Below, piece after piece: positions 35,125 to 49,850 of a stretch of DNA of 64,000 bases (positions are counted from its first letter, which is position 1; every line of letters begins with the position of its first letter). A model generated the notes under the pieces. The model was not told where the DNA came from, ran no database searches, and saw only the letters and a program-made list of their open reading frames with translations. The translations under genes and the position numbers were made by a program. This DNA comes from the human T2T-CHM13v2.0 reference genome, Homo sapiens, in assembly GCF_009914755.1 (NCBI RefSeq), contig NC_060945.1; one strand, 5' to 3'.

Positions 35125-35480
35125 ATTTTATTATTATTATTTTTTTTTTTTTTGAGATGGAGTTTCGCTCTTGTTGCCCAGGCTGGAGTGCAATGGTGTG
35201 ATCTCTGACTCTGTCACCCAGGCTGGAGTGTAGAGTGCAGTGGCACGATTTTGGCTCACTGCAACCTCCGCCTCCCAGGTTCAAGCGATTCTCCTGCTCA
35301 GCCTCCGAGTAGCTGGGATTACAGGCATGTGCCACCATGCCCGGCTAATTTTGTATTTTTAGTAGAGATGGGGTTTCTCCATGTTGGTCAGGCTGGTCTT
35401 GAACTCCCGACCTCAGGTGATCCGCCCGCCTCGGCCTCCCAAAGTGCTGGGATTACAGGTGTGAGCCACTGTGCCCGACC
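35125..35480 (-). mobile_element. AluSp-like element with an internal duplicated patch, in the inferred EPCIP 3'UTR
   Basis: Alu consensus with an extra segment at about 35205-35240. Confidence 0.88.
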
Positions 35481-35985
35481 ATTTTATAAAACTCATAGTC
35501 CCCAAACCTCTGAAATTGATTATTCTCTACTTAGGGGAATTCCAAGCAATTTCACAAAATGAAACAGAAAAAAATTAAGGCAGTATTTTGAAAGAAGATA
35601 TGTTTCTTGGGGGTCACCTTCTAGGAGGAGCTCCACTAAGCAGTCTCTAGGGTGTATTGCTTTCTCCATTTCTGACGGGACATTTCCCTGCAGGCTTCTA
35701 GTTGCAGAGACCAAGCCTAGCTGGCTCCCAAGACATGTCCCTGGACGGAATCAAGTTGGTTTTTTGGTTTCTTTTTCTTTTGTTTTTCAAAAGTGTTCTC
35801 GCAGTTGGGCACAGAGCAGAACAGAGAGCTGGTTATTGGTATGTGTGGCTGTGTTGCAAATGGAGCCTGCGGAGAGAGGCACAGTTGTGGGTAGGGATAC
35901 CTATCTCACGGCCTTATTTCCAGATTCCTTCTGCAAATTATTCATCATTTGCCAAAGTTCCAGGCAGCTGGACACAGTTATTATG

Positions 35986-36645
35986 CTAGTAAATAAATGT
36001 GACAACATAGCTTTTGTTGCTTGGCATTGGGAAGGTTCTAAAGTAAGAAAAGTCAGGAAAGTTGTTGGCAATGCTGGTAACGTTTTCAATACTATATGAT
36101 TTTAAGGCTGAGTCCCTGTTGAAAAGAGCCATATCTAAGAATGAGATATACATACATGGCTGCCAGCCTTTGTGTAACCACATGGGCTTCTCTCTGGAGT
36201 CACTGTCCCCACCGCTATGGATGAGTAAGCTCTGCTCTGGGAAGGGATGCTTGGCCTCCATGTTGATGCGCAGCCTCTTCAGACCACAAATAGCCAGGTA
36301 TTCAGTGGGGAGAGTGTTGGTGCTGCACAGGGAAAGCTTCAGGTCTTGGACCAGCGTGAAGTTCAGCAGGTGGCCCAGCGCAGATGTGTCCGTGAACCAG
36401 ATGGTCAGATGGCCATTGTAGCTGGTTCGCTCTACTGCAAGGGGCAGGACGGTTTTACAGTTGCACATCAGGTTGGCCAAACTGTAGTCACAATCCCGGA
36501 TGTCCGCAGAACAGCTGCAGTTCCGAATGGTGTTTTCCCTTGTGAAGATGAGCGTGCTGTTCTTCTGACCTTTGGTGAAGCAGTTAAGTGCAAAGACACC
36601 CAGAGTGCTGATCAGAAGAAGACAGTGCCTGGAAGGTGGTGCCAT
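35986..36645 (-). CDS. EPCIP: EPCIP / C21orf62, exosomal polycystin-1-interacting protein; 219-aa secreted Cys-rich glycoprotein, single coding exon
   Basis: Intact ORF with strong Kozak context (AGCATGG). Hydrophobic N-terminal signal peptide, Cys cluster (NCSC..DC..CNC) and N-glycosylation sequons at N29, N42, N95, N188, N210. Protein sequence recognised. Exon acceptor ttttctttcag| at 36709. Confidence 0.95.
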   Translation of the reverse strand: MAPPSRHCLLLISTLGVFALNCFTKGQKNSTLIFTRENTIRNCSCSADIRDCDYSLANLMCNCKTVLPLAVERTSYNGHLTIWFTDTSALGHLLNFTLVQDLKLSLCSTNTLPTEYLAICGLKRLRINMEAKHPFPEQSLLIHSGGDSDSREKPMWLHKGWQPCMYISFLDMALFNRDSALKSYSIENVTSIANNFPDFSYFRTFPMPSNKSYVVTFIY

Positions 36646-38149
36646 GCTTGCCCAGCATGGGCCAGCGTGTTTATCCCCCCTCTTTTTGAACCAATTTGTT
36701 GGAACTCACCTGAAAGAAAAGAGGCAGCTTTATCACAACCTTTCATTTGAAATACACAGCTTATGGAAAAGGAACCCCAGAAAAAAACAAGTTGTAAACA
36801 TTTCTTTCTTGCAGTTCTAGTAACTGTTTCCTGAGCCACAGGCAATGCTTGCAGCCCAGGCACTGGGCAAGCTCTTTTCTCAGCACCTCATCCAGAGACA
36901 GCAGCCAAACCTTTGAGCTCTGCTCATCTGAGGTGTAAAACTCCCAGTGATGTTGGCTGACAGTGAGACCAACATGCCAACAACACAGCCAGAGCGATGC
37001 CAGAGCGGATGCCAGAGAGGAGACCTACCGCATCCTATCTATGGGCAGGGATTTGGAGTTGAAAGAGCACATTCTCCAAACATCCAATTACTAGCATGAA
37101 GCGCCCAAAAACCCCTGAACATGACATGCTTTCCTCCCCCTCAATATCTGACTTCCTGGAATTCGGGAGACAAACACTTCTTTGTTGGATTCAGCTATCC
37201 AAGCGCTACCTATTACACAACATAGCATGAATACCAATGAAGCATTTAGTTAATGGCAAGCTTTAATTTCTAAGTAGATAAACATGCCTCCCATCCCCAC
37301 CATATTAATCTGTTTGTGAGTCCATTCATCCTGTTCAGGGCCTCTTACAAATGTACCTAGGTAACTGTGGTAATAGACAACAAAAAGACTAATCACCCAC
37401 CGATTAATCACAATTATTTTGACTTAGCTACTCTTATGCCAGAAGAAATTTATGAACTGATCTTGTCAATGTATTGCAGGGCTCCAAAACAAAACCATAT
37501 ATAAGAACTTCTAAAAAATCTAAATAAGGTAGGGATGCATGGGTAATTTAAAGAGCAGCACCAATGTCCAGTTTTGGGTAAAAGCCCTACAGTGTCTGGC
37601 ATATGACAGATGCAGGATCCTCCTTTGTGGTGTGATTGGAATGAGATGAGATGAGCATTATGGCAGAGTGTACCACATTTCAGTTTGGCGAAAGTAATAA
37701 CATTCCCCCAATGACTGAGGAGAGAAACCAAACAATACAATTCAGTCTTCTCCATTTGCTAAGCTCCATGGGTGTGGTGGGATACTTGGCATGCGACCTC
37801 TGAGTGGGAGGGCCCAGAGCTACTGGCAGGGCCACTACACTAAGGGCCAGGGAGCCACAGATGGAAGGGTCAGTCTGAAGAGCTCAACATGTGTCCAAAG
37901 AGTACAGTGACAGCAGGAAAGAGGCTAGGCAGACAAGCAGCAATTAGGGTGTAAGATGAGGCCACAAGGCAATTAGAAATCCAAAGGAATCAAGGCTAAA
38001 AATGCCAGGGATCGGGTAGACAGGCAGGAGGCACAAGCCACAACCCCATGGCTGGGATGCCAGGAGGATAGAAGTAAGCTCTGCCGCGTAAACTTGAACA
38101 GAGGGTGAGACATTGATTCACAGCAACTGTGACTGTATTCATGCATTCA

Positions 38150-38288
38150 TCCCTCCCTTCCTTCCTTCCTTCATTTCTTCATTTCTTCCTTCCTTCTTTC
38201 CTTCCTTCCCTCCTTCCCTCCTTCCCTCTTTCCTTCCCTCCTTCCCTCCTTCCTTCCCTCCTTCCTTCCTTCCTTCCTTCCTTCCTTC
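38150..38288. repeat. (CCTT)n polypyrimidine microsatellite
   Basis: Direct reading. Confidence 0.95.
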
Positions 38289-39484
38289 AACTAATGCTTA
38301 TTGGAAGATTACTAGGTGGCATGCCCTCTGCTAGCCATGGGGGTACAACTCAGAACAAGACAACCCAGGGCCCAGTCCTCATAGAACTTATGTCCTAACG
38401 AAATTGATTCTGCTTCCAATGGGCTGGGGCGTCATAGCCCAAAGCCAGGCCCGTCCTGCATGTGAGGATGGAGAGGCTATAGCAGTGGGGAGGAGGCGAG
38501 AGGAGGGGGCAAATGCAGGAGTTAGGCAGGGCCCAGCCTGGGCTGTGTGCCAGGCCCTGGCTTAGGCCAAGCAGAAGAAACAAAGATACAAAAGACCTGG
38601 ATCCTATCCTCCAGGATTTATCCTCAAAGGAAAAAGACCAATAAGGCTGAACTGAGAAGCACTGTACTGAACATACAGGCGGCTATGAGAACATAGCAGA
38701 GAGAGAGAGAGATTCGACGCGGGGGACTGGATAAGGCGGTTTAGAGTGCTTTGTATCTATTTTGAAGTTGGCACAGGATTTTCTTAAAGGCTTCTTATTA
38801 AATGTATTAATAGGTACATTTTGTCATGAAAGAAAGAGCTTTGAGAAACGTGGAGAACAAGCGTTCTCCCTGAACAAGAGGCTTAACAGTCTTAAGCAGT
38901 GTTAGAATGTGGGTGTGTCTACCCCCTTAGTGAGGAACGGTGTATAATTTATTAATTACAAGATAATTTTAGACAATCAGCTGTCCCAGATTCCACTGGA
39001 GGCCTCTGGGACTTCGTGTCCCAGTAACCCTGTTATCCCAGAACCAGGAATGCTGTCAATACTGTTGGCCCACCCTGACCCTAGCCTTAAAAGAAAAAAG
39101 AGGGGAGAGGTCTATTCATCAGCCCGAACCTAGTGAGAAAAGTGTCTGCCTCCCTGTTTCAGGTGCTGATCCTTTTAGAGGCAGCCGTGGAAGAGGAAAA
39201 GAGATCAGAAGAGAAAAGGATATTGGTTTGCGGAACATGTGGGACAAGAAGTTCCCAGAAGAATTTGTGAGCAACTTCCCGACAGTAAGGCCCTGGCTAG
39301 ACCTCAGGATGGTCCCTGCCTCCTGGACATTAGGAAGCCCAAAGGCCAGAACAAAAACACATGCCTAGTGGGGGAAGGCTCACTAAGAGGGCACCAAGTG
39401 GGGCAAATACCCCTGGTAACCCATTTATGGAGGCTGCCACAGAAATGCTAGTTGGAAATTTTCCTCCTTCAGTCTATCATGAAT

Positions 39485-39772
39485 TTCTTTTTTCTCTTTT
39501 GAGATGAAGTCGCCCGGGCTGCAGTTCAGTGGTGCAATCTCAGCTCACTGCAAGCTCTGCCTCCCAGGTTCCAACGATTGTCTTGTCTCAGCCTCCTGAG
39601 TAGCTGAGATTATAAGCACGCACCATCATACCCGACTAATTTTTGTATTTATAGTAGAAATGGGGTTTTGCCATGTTGGCCAGGCTGGTCTTGAACTCCT
39701 GACCTTAGGGTGATCCACCCATCTTGGCCTCCAAAAGTGCTGGGATTACAGGCATGAGCCACTGCACTCGGC
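39485..39772 (-). mobile_element. AluS
   Basis: Alu consensus. Confidence 0.88.
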
Positions 39773-40273
39773 TGTACCGTGATTATTAGTTCAAGGTTCT
39801 CTTTCACTGGGGTAAAGACCTTAAGAGAGCAGTTTTTGGGCTTTATATTCTCAATTTCCCGCACAGTGCCTAGCACATAGCAAGGACTCAACAAATTTCA
39901 TTGAATGAATGAAAAAACATAGTTTACCAAATGTCAGTGTACTCAAACTCTTTTAACTGCTAGCTATAGAAATCCAATTAAGACTCACTTGGGTAAAAAA
40001 AAATAAAAAAATAAACAAAATAAACTGCTCACTTATTTGAAAAATTAAGGAAGGATTTCAGGCATGGCTTGATCCAGCTACTCAAAAAAGGTTGTCAGAA
40101 ATGTCTGTCCGTTCTTCATTTATTCTTTCTCATTTGTGGGCTTTGTTCCCAGATAAGATCACTCCTTCTGGGGACAAGATGGTCACTAGTAGATCCAGGT
40201 TTACTTTCTATCAGCTGAGCAACCTCTCAAGAAAAAATAAATAAATAAATAAACCTCTCTTTAAATAGCACCA

Positions 40274-41235
40274 GGCTGCTGGGTGTGGTGGCTCATACCT
40301 GTAACCCCAGCACTTTGGGAGGCTGAGGTAGGAGGATTGTGGGAAGCCAGGAGTTCAAGACCAGCCCAGCCAACATTGTGAGACATAATCTCTACAAATA
40401 AAATAAATTAGTTGGACATGATGGTGTGCACCTATAGTCCCAGCTACTCGGGAGGCTGAAGCAGAAGGATCACTTGAGTCTGAGAATTCGGTGTTGTTTA
40501 AGCCACCCTGTTGTGGTATCTGCTATGGCTGCACAGGCAGAAATAGGGACACAAGTGCAGGTTCAGGGCAAGGTGTGTGAGCACACTCAGTCCCTGGCCT
40601 CGGAGTCTCTCTGGATGGCTTCTTGCCTAGGGTGACTGACAGAGGGAGGGATGATATGCAAAGGCACCTGTTCTCCTCATGACCTAACCCCAATTCTTAC
40701 TCCACGGGTTCATGACAGCCTATTCTGCTGGAGACTGTGTCTTAAAACTTCCTCCCCTAGTTTCTCTCAAGTACCCCTCGTGAGCTGTGATTTCACTGGG
40801 CTTTGAACTCTTAGGCCATTTGAGGCTGCAGTGAGCTATGATTGTATCACTGCACTCCAGCCTAGATGACAGAACGAGACCCCATCTCTAATGAATAAAT
40901 AAATATGGCTGGGCACAATGGCTCAGGCCTGTAATCCCAGCATTTGGAAGACCAAGACAGGCAGATCGCTTCAGCTCAGGAGTTCGAGATCATTCTGGCC
41001 AACAAGGCGAAACCCTGTCTCTACCAAAAATACAAAAATTAGCCAGGCAGGGTGGCATGTGCCTTTAATCCCAGCTACAGGGAGGCTGAGGCAGGAGAAT
41101 CACTTGAACCTGGGAGGCAGAGGTTTCAGTGAGCTGAAATTGTGCCACTGCACTCCAGCCTGAGTGACAGAGTGAGACTTTGCAACCAAAAAATAAAATA
41201 ATAATAATAATGAAATAAATAACCAAATAAGTAAA
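40274..41235 (+). mobile_element. AluJ split by an approximately 330-bp non-Alu insert (40491-40817), followed by a second Alu (40907-41235)
   Basis: Alu sequence stops at ...gagaattcg and resumes at atttgaggctgcagtgag. Confidence 0.85.
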
Positions 41236-41883
41236 TAAATAAATATTAGGAGGCAAAAATACATTGGACTCCTGAGTCGTACACTCAGCTTGGGAGCCAA
41301 TGAATGGGATCAGCCCCACTGCAAAGAGTGGACTGAGAGGGTAGAAGGATGGTTCTGCAAAGGGAAATCAGGAGGCGCTATCAGAAAAGGGCCAGGTAGG
41401 CAGTCAGAAAGGTGGGTGCCCACAAGACCCATGGGATGAGCATGGGTGAGCATTGCAACTCTACTCCTCTCAGTCTCAGCAAACACTAAAGCACCACTTT
41501 GATAAAATGCCCTCTAAGAGTGCAGATATATGTCTGACTTTGTGGGATATATTCAGATTTTCAAATTGGCTCCTTTACTGGAGGGCCCCTCGATTTTACC
41601 ACCCAAGAATCTTCAAGGATTTTTGCAGGGACACACTTTGGGTACTGCATTTGTGAGCAATAGCCCTGCTTACCTCTCCAAGTCCTGGCTTCACAGTGTG
41701 TTCCTTGGGGTGCCCGGGCCCTAGCTTTCTTCTGGCTTTAACCCCAGAGCCATAACTCAGATCTATACTTGAGACTGCTTCTTGCCAGGGCATCTTCTCA
41801 GCTTCTGACTCTTGAGCCTTTCACAATTTTCTTCTCTTGAGTCTTTCCCCTAATTGCATTTCCACTTTAAAAATAAAAATCAC

Positions 41884-44083
<2,200 letters not shown>

Positions 44084-47000
44084 GATGCAGATGGAGTGGT
44101 GGTAAGGGAGAAACGGAAAGACTCTCAAAGGATGTGCTCTTTGGGCCAGGCAGAGAAGAGGTTCGGGTTAGGAAGGGCGAGGCAGTGCAGATATAAGAGT
44201 CATTGGCGCAGATGTCAGAATGACTAAAGTCCTTAGTATGTTTAGAGCAGGTATAAGACATCTGGAGGTCCATGAGGCTGGGGATGTAGGCAGGAAGACA
44301 GGGTTAGACAGGACCTTGCTGGTCAAGCTAAGGGGTTTGGACTTTATGCTGGCAGTTACTTGTTCTCCAAACTCTTCTGATCATCACCCCATCAATAAAT
44401 GATTTTAAAACCCTCCCCAATAGATGTATCTGTTAATTTATAAAGGCCATTCACATATTACCATGCTTACATATCATCTGTATTATCAACAATACACAAA
44501 CTGTAGCATTTTTAAAAATTTAAGATGAAAAATAAATAAAAATGAAAGTTTGAATATTTTCAGCTCTACCCCACTAGCTTGGCTTGCAAACCTCCTGTGA
44601 GGTAAGCTCCCTCTTTGGAGGCTCCTGCAAGAGACAAAAAATGAGATGGTAAAGGTCTGAAGCAGGAGACATCTACTTAAATCTTGTTTAAGGAAGGTAA
44701 CCTAGGTTGCCAGGGAGAGACTGAATCTGGGGAGAAAACACTAGTCAGGACAGTGAATTCTAAATAGTTTTCTTTTGTATTTTCCTCAGTGATTTCCATC
44801 TCTCCATTTGTTGACTCCTTCTAACTCCAGGCTCTTTGGATAAATTTGTTTCAATATCTGGAATCCTCAAGGGGATGGAGAGAACCAAGAATGTAGGATT
44901 GAGAAGGTGGGGATGAGGATGAGGCTGTCTTCCTCCTATGAGCATGAGTCAGGATACCTGCTAGAACCTCCAGGAGGGAACCAGTGGTACAGGGAGCAGG
45001 AGAGCCCAGTGGGCAGCACAGCAAAGCATTTGTCTCTCTCTGTCTCCCAGGCTGGAGTGCAGTGGCGCGATCTCGGCTCACTGCAACCTCCCACTCCTAG
45101 GTTCAAGCAATTCTTCTGCCTCAGCCTCTCATCGTTGTCTCATTCTTAGCATCCCAACACAGCTTGCCTGGGAACGCCACTCCCTGAGACATCCACTGTG
45201 AGCCCTGACAGCCACGAGAAAAACATAGCTCATTTTCTCAGAGTTAGGAGCCTCTGGGTGGCTTCATCAGACTGGCAGCAAGCCTAGCTGCTAGTGAGGG
45301 CTAGTTATGGCAAACTATGGAGTAGGTGGAGTAGCTCTCCGATCCCCAGTTCCCCTTGATGTGCCTTCCTCTTAACTCCCTGATCATCCATTCTTTTCTT
45401 TCCAGGAGCCAGTGCTGAAAACCCGCTCACAGATTGGTATCTGATACCAGTTGGTTAGGCCTTAATCGGAATTTAAACTGACACATTCTTGTCCAAGGGT
45501 ATTTGCACTGTAAGCCTTATGGCTACCTTGTTCCTTATTAGAGAGATAGCAAGGATCAAACAGAAAGTATGGGAGGAGTGTGGGGTGGAGACCCACGCTG
45601 GGCTCCAGAAACAAGTGGTCACCTGTTCTCAGGTCCAGTGCCCACTTGTCCAGGGCTGTGCAACCCCTCTTCCCGTTGAGGTCAAGGAGGGGTGTTGGCT
45701 ATTCTGTTATGTGGATGAGATGCCCACACAGGCAGTGTGAGGGCTTTAGCTGTAGGACCTTGAAATGCTCTTGAAAAAAGGGATTTTTAGCATTTTTCTT
45801 TTCTTTGGCTTTGTTCCACGAATGCACTGCAGGAGATAGGTTAGAGATAAACACTATGTAAGATATTTGAAAACGGAATGATATCTTTGTTGTTTACTAT
45901 TTCAAAGCTTATGAAGTTGAAAACTAATTTGGGTCCCTCCCCAATGTTTTCTTACTGTGATACTGTGATACTGTGATACTGTGTCTTTTATTTCTTCTTC
46001 ACATTCCACAACAGCACATCCTCATCCTTGGTATGAGCCACTGAATTTTCACAGGCCCTTGCAAGGATCTAATGCTGAAGTCACCGTTCTGTGCAGTCTC
46101 TGTGGGTGAAGATCACTTCCCTTTCATTGTGGTTTACACAGTTCATTGTGCGGGGCAGGAAATGAGTTCCCAGTAATTCTGATGTGATCGGAATCTCATT
46201 TGGTTTCTATAGTAGGATCTAAACTATATGCTCTCATCTGATATTTTTGCTCATCTAGAGAAAGATGAAGTAAATTCATGTCTCCATAAGTTGGAATTAT
46301 GCAGGCAAAATTAGCTTCAAGTATGCAATTTGGGTTTTGAGAGGACACACTTTAAAATATTTTTGTGACTGTTCATGTTGAACTCACTAGTATATAGTTG
46401 GATCAGTCGGAGAACCTGTCTGAGTCTTATTTCTCTTGACAGGGCACAGGATAATAATCCAACCACACAGGTTGCAAAAGCAAAGTAGATGCATGTGATT
46501 ATATATATATATATATATATGAATAGTACTATATTATTTATTTATTTTGTTTAGAGATGGGGTCTCACTATGTCATCCAGGCTGGTCTTAAACTCCCAGG
46601 CTCAAGTGATTCTCCTGCCTTGGCCTCCCAAGGTGCTAGGATTATAGGCATGAGCCACCACACCCAGCCTGAATAGTTCTGTAGTATTATGTATATTGTA
46701 TACTCATAAGTACTCATAGGCATGCTACAATATACATAGTACTATTCATAGACATTGATATTTTGTAATATCAGAGTCATAGTGATAACAAATGTATTAC
46801 CATGCTCTGTGAGGGCATCCCAAAAGCCACCCCAAAGAAATCTAAAGTAACTGGTTCATTTAATGCATTACTTGTATCAAACATTTGACTAGACAGAGAA
46901 CAAGCACAGCGTAAAACAAAAATGTCTCTCTGCATGATTTTTCCTGTAATTAATCCAATCAGATTTACAAACGTCCTCCTGTAAATTCTGAGGATTGTGA

Positions 47001-47157
47001 GGTCCTGAAATTATTAGTGAGCTAGTCTGGAAAATAGAAATTAATTATCTGATTCCCATTTCTACTAACTTAAATGTGAATGAAATGTTTAAAGGAACAG
47101 CAGGAATATGGGATGTGATCAAAACACTTTATTTCTGATCTCCAACTGTGCCTAATG

Positions 47158-47930
47158 GATGTTATAGTAGGTCAAATAATGGTCCCTAAAGGTGCCTGTG
47201 TCCTAATACCTGGGCCCTGTGAATACATTACCTTACATGGCCATAAGGCCTCTACAGATGCTATTAAATTAAGAAACTTGAGATAAGGAGATGATCCTAG
47301 ATTATCTGGGTGGGCCCAATGTAATCAACAGGGTCCTTATAAGAAGAAGGCAATATGACAACTGAAGCAGAGATTGGAGCAATGTGGCTACAAGCTGAGA
47401 AATGCGAGCAGCCTCTAGGAGCTGAAAGAGGCAAGGAACAGATTTTCCCTTGGAGTCTCCAGAAGGAACCAGGCCTACTGACACCCTCACAGTAGCCTGG
47501 TCAGACTGGTTTTGAACTTCTGACCTCCAGAAGTGTAAAATAATATAGATATGTTGTTTCAAGCCACTAACATTGTAGATTATTATTTTTTTTTTTTTGA
47601 GATGGAGTCTCGCTCTGTCACCCAGGCTGGAGTGTGGAGTGCAGTGGCACGATCTTGGCTCACTGCAATCTTTGCATCCCGTGTTCAAGCAATTCTCCTG
47701 CCTCAGCCTCCTGAATAGCTGGGATTACAGGTGTGCACCACCATACCAGGCTAAATTTTATATTTTTAGTAGAGATGGGGTTTCACCATGTTGGCCAGGC
47801 TGGTCTCAAACTCCTGACCTCAAGTGATCTGCCTGCCTCAGCCTCCGAAAGTGCTGGGATTACAGGTGTAAGCCACTGCGCCTGGCCAAGTTGTAGAAAT
47901 TTTTTATAGCAGCAATAGGAAATGAATACA
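47158..47930 (+). mobile_element. MLT1C/D-type MaLR LTR interrupted by an antisense Alu (47585-47887)
   Basis: aataatggtccctaaag...ctccagaaggaacc...atagcagcaataggaaatgaataca. Confidence 0.8.
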
Positions 47931-49038
47931 GAGACGGTGAGGAAACCAAACCACCACATCAAACCACCCTTGTGGACCAAACCAGCCCTTCTGTATTCAC
48001 AGCCCTGCAGTGTTTGCTAATTACATTATGTGGTTTATTCCTCTCATTAGCCTGGATCATTGGTAACTAGTCTCCTGAAATACCGAGCTCAATGCTCCCA
48101 TAGAATAGTCACACTATGTTGGACCCAGCCAAGCCCAAATGGATACATCTGGCTACGTCTTATGAGTTGAGGGGGAACCATCTTCAGGTGGTTAATTGCA
48201 TACATGGAATTGTTGAAGGAGAGCGAAGACGATATGGGAGGGCCCAGGGCAGGGAAGAGCAGAGGGATGGGACAGTGGCATTTGTGTCTTTCCAGCCCAA
48301 ACGTATGCCTGAGGCTGAGTCCGGTCAGGTAGCAAGCAGAGGCTGCAAGAAGTGCTTTTAAGAATTCTGAGATGTGAGGCACAAGTGGCCCCCTGCCCAG
48401 GCAAGAAAGGGTGACATTGAGTGGTGGACAGAAGCATTTTCTCCACTTCTGTACTGAGTACAGCTCAGCTCTAGCACAGTGAGGAATGAGGGACAGATGG
48501 CACTATTTGACCCTTTCTCAAGAACAGACTGGGGCTACCCCTGGATTTTGCTCTCTGGTCATCAAGCAACAGGGAGCCCCATGGCCAAGGTAAGGGACAG
48601 TCAGCATCCAGTGGGGGCTGGGGACAGAAGCAGATGAAAGGACCATTGTGCGCATAGGCAAGACCCCTGGGGACTCAAAGAAGCACCTAGAGGAAATTCT
48701 GTTTTGTAGACGTAGTGGTGGGAGGAGGCAAGGACCTGTATCTGGTAGGTGGGAGCACGAGCCAACAGAATACAAGCTATTCGTGTTCACTTAACTTCAT
48801 CTGTGCCCTCTGGCTGGTGAAGCCAGGAGCTCTTCAGGTATCAGCTGGATTACCTGTTTGAGATTAAATTGATTGAATCATAGAAATAGACTAAAGTGCT
48901 TAGGAGCTTAGAAGCTGAGTAAGAACTGACTGAAAAGTAGATATTTTATTTGGAAAGCACTGAGCTCACCTGGGTATTAATTTCACCCACTAATTTGCTG
49001 CCTGGATGCGGGGCTTCCTTGTTGGTTTACTGTGGGGT

Positions 49039-49395
49039 TTTATTAGTCCATTTTCATGCTGCTGATAAAGACATACCCAAGCCTGGGTAATTTACAAAAG
49101 AAAGAGGTTTAATGAACTCAGTCCCACATGGCTGGGAGGCCTCACAATCATGGTGGAAAGTGAGTCGTGTCTCACATGGTGGCAGACAAGAGAAGAGTGA
49201 GAGCCAAGTGAAAGGGGTTTCCCCTTACAAAGCCATCAGATCTCGCAAGACTTATTCACTACCACAAGAACGTTATTGGGAAAACCACCCCCGTGATTCA
49301 ATAATCTCCCACTGGGTCCCTCCCACAACATGAGGGAATGATGAGAGTTACAATTCAAGGTGAGATTTGAGTGGGGACACAGCCAAACCATATCA
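49039..49395 (-). mobile_element. THE1B-like solo LTR
   Basis: tattagtccattttcatgctgctgataaagac...aaccatatca. Confidence 0.88.
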
Positions 49396-49560
49396 GGGGG
49401 TCAGGTTTCTGATGCCTTCTTGCTGATTGCGGTTTCCCCAGTCCTTAGCACAGGGCCTGGCACATAGGAGCACTCCATGACTATTTATATTATCCAAATG
49501 AGTCCCTACATTTGCTAAGCCAATGAGGCATGTTATTGATCCTTGATTCCCTCTTATGCC

Positions 49561-49850
<290 letters not shown>

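Noticed and set aside
36062-36820. Plus-strand ORFs (119, 167 and 82 aa) opposite EPCIP
   Set aside because: Antisense shadows of the real CDS; they lie in an intron of the antisense transcript.
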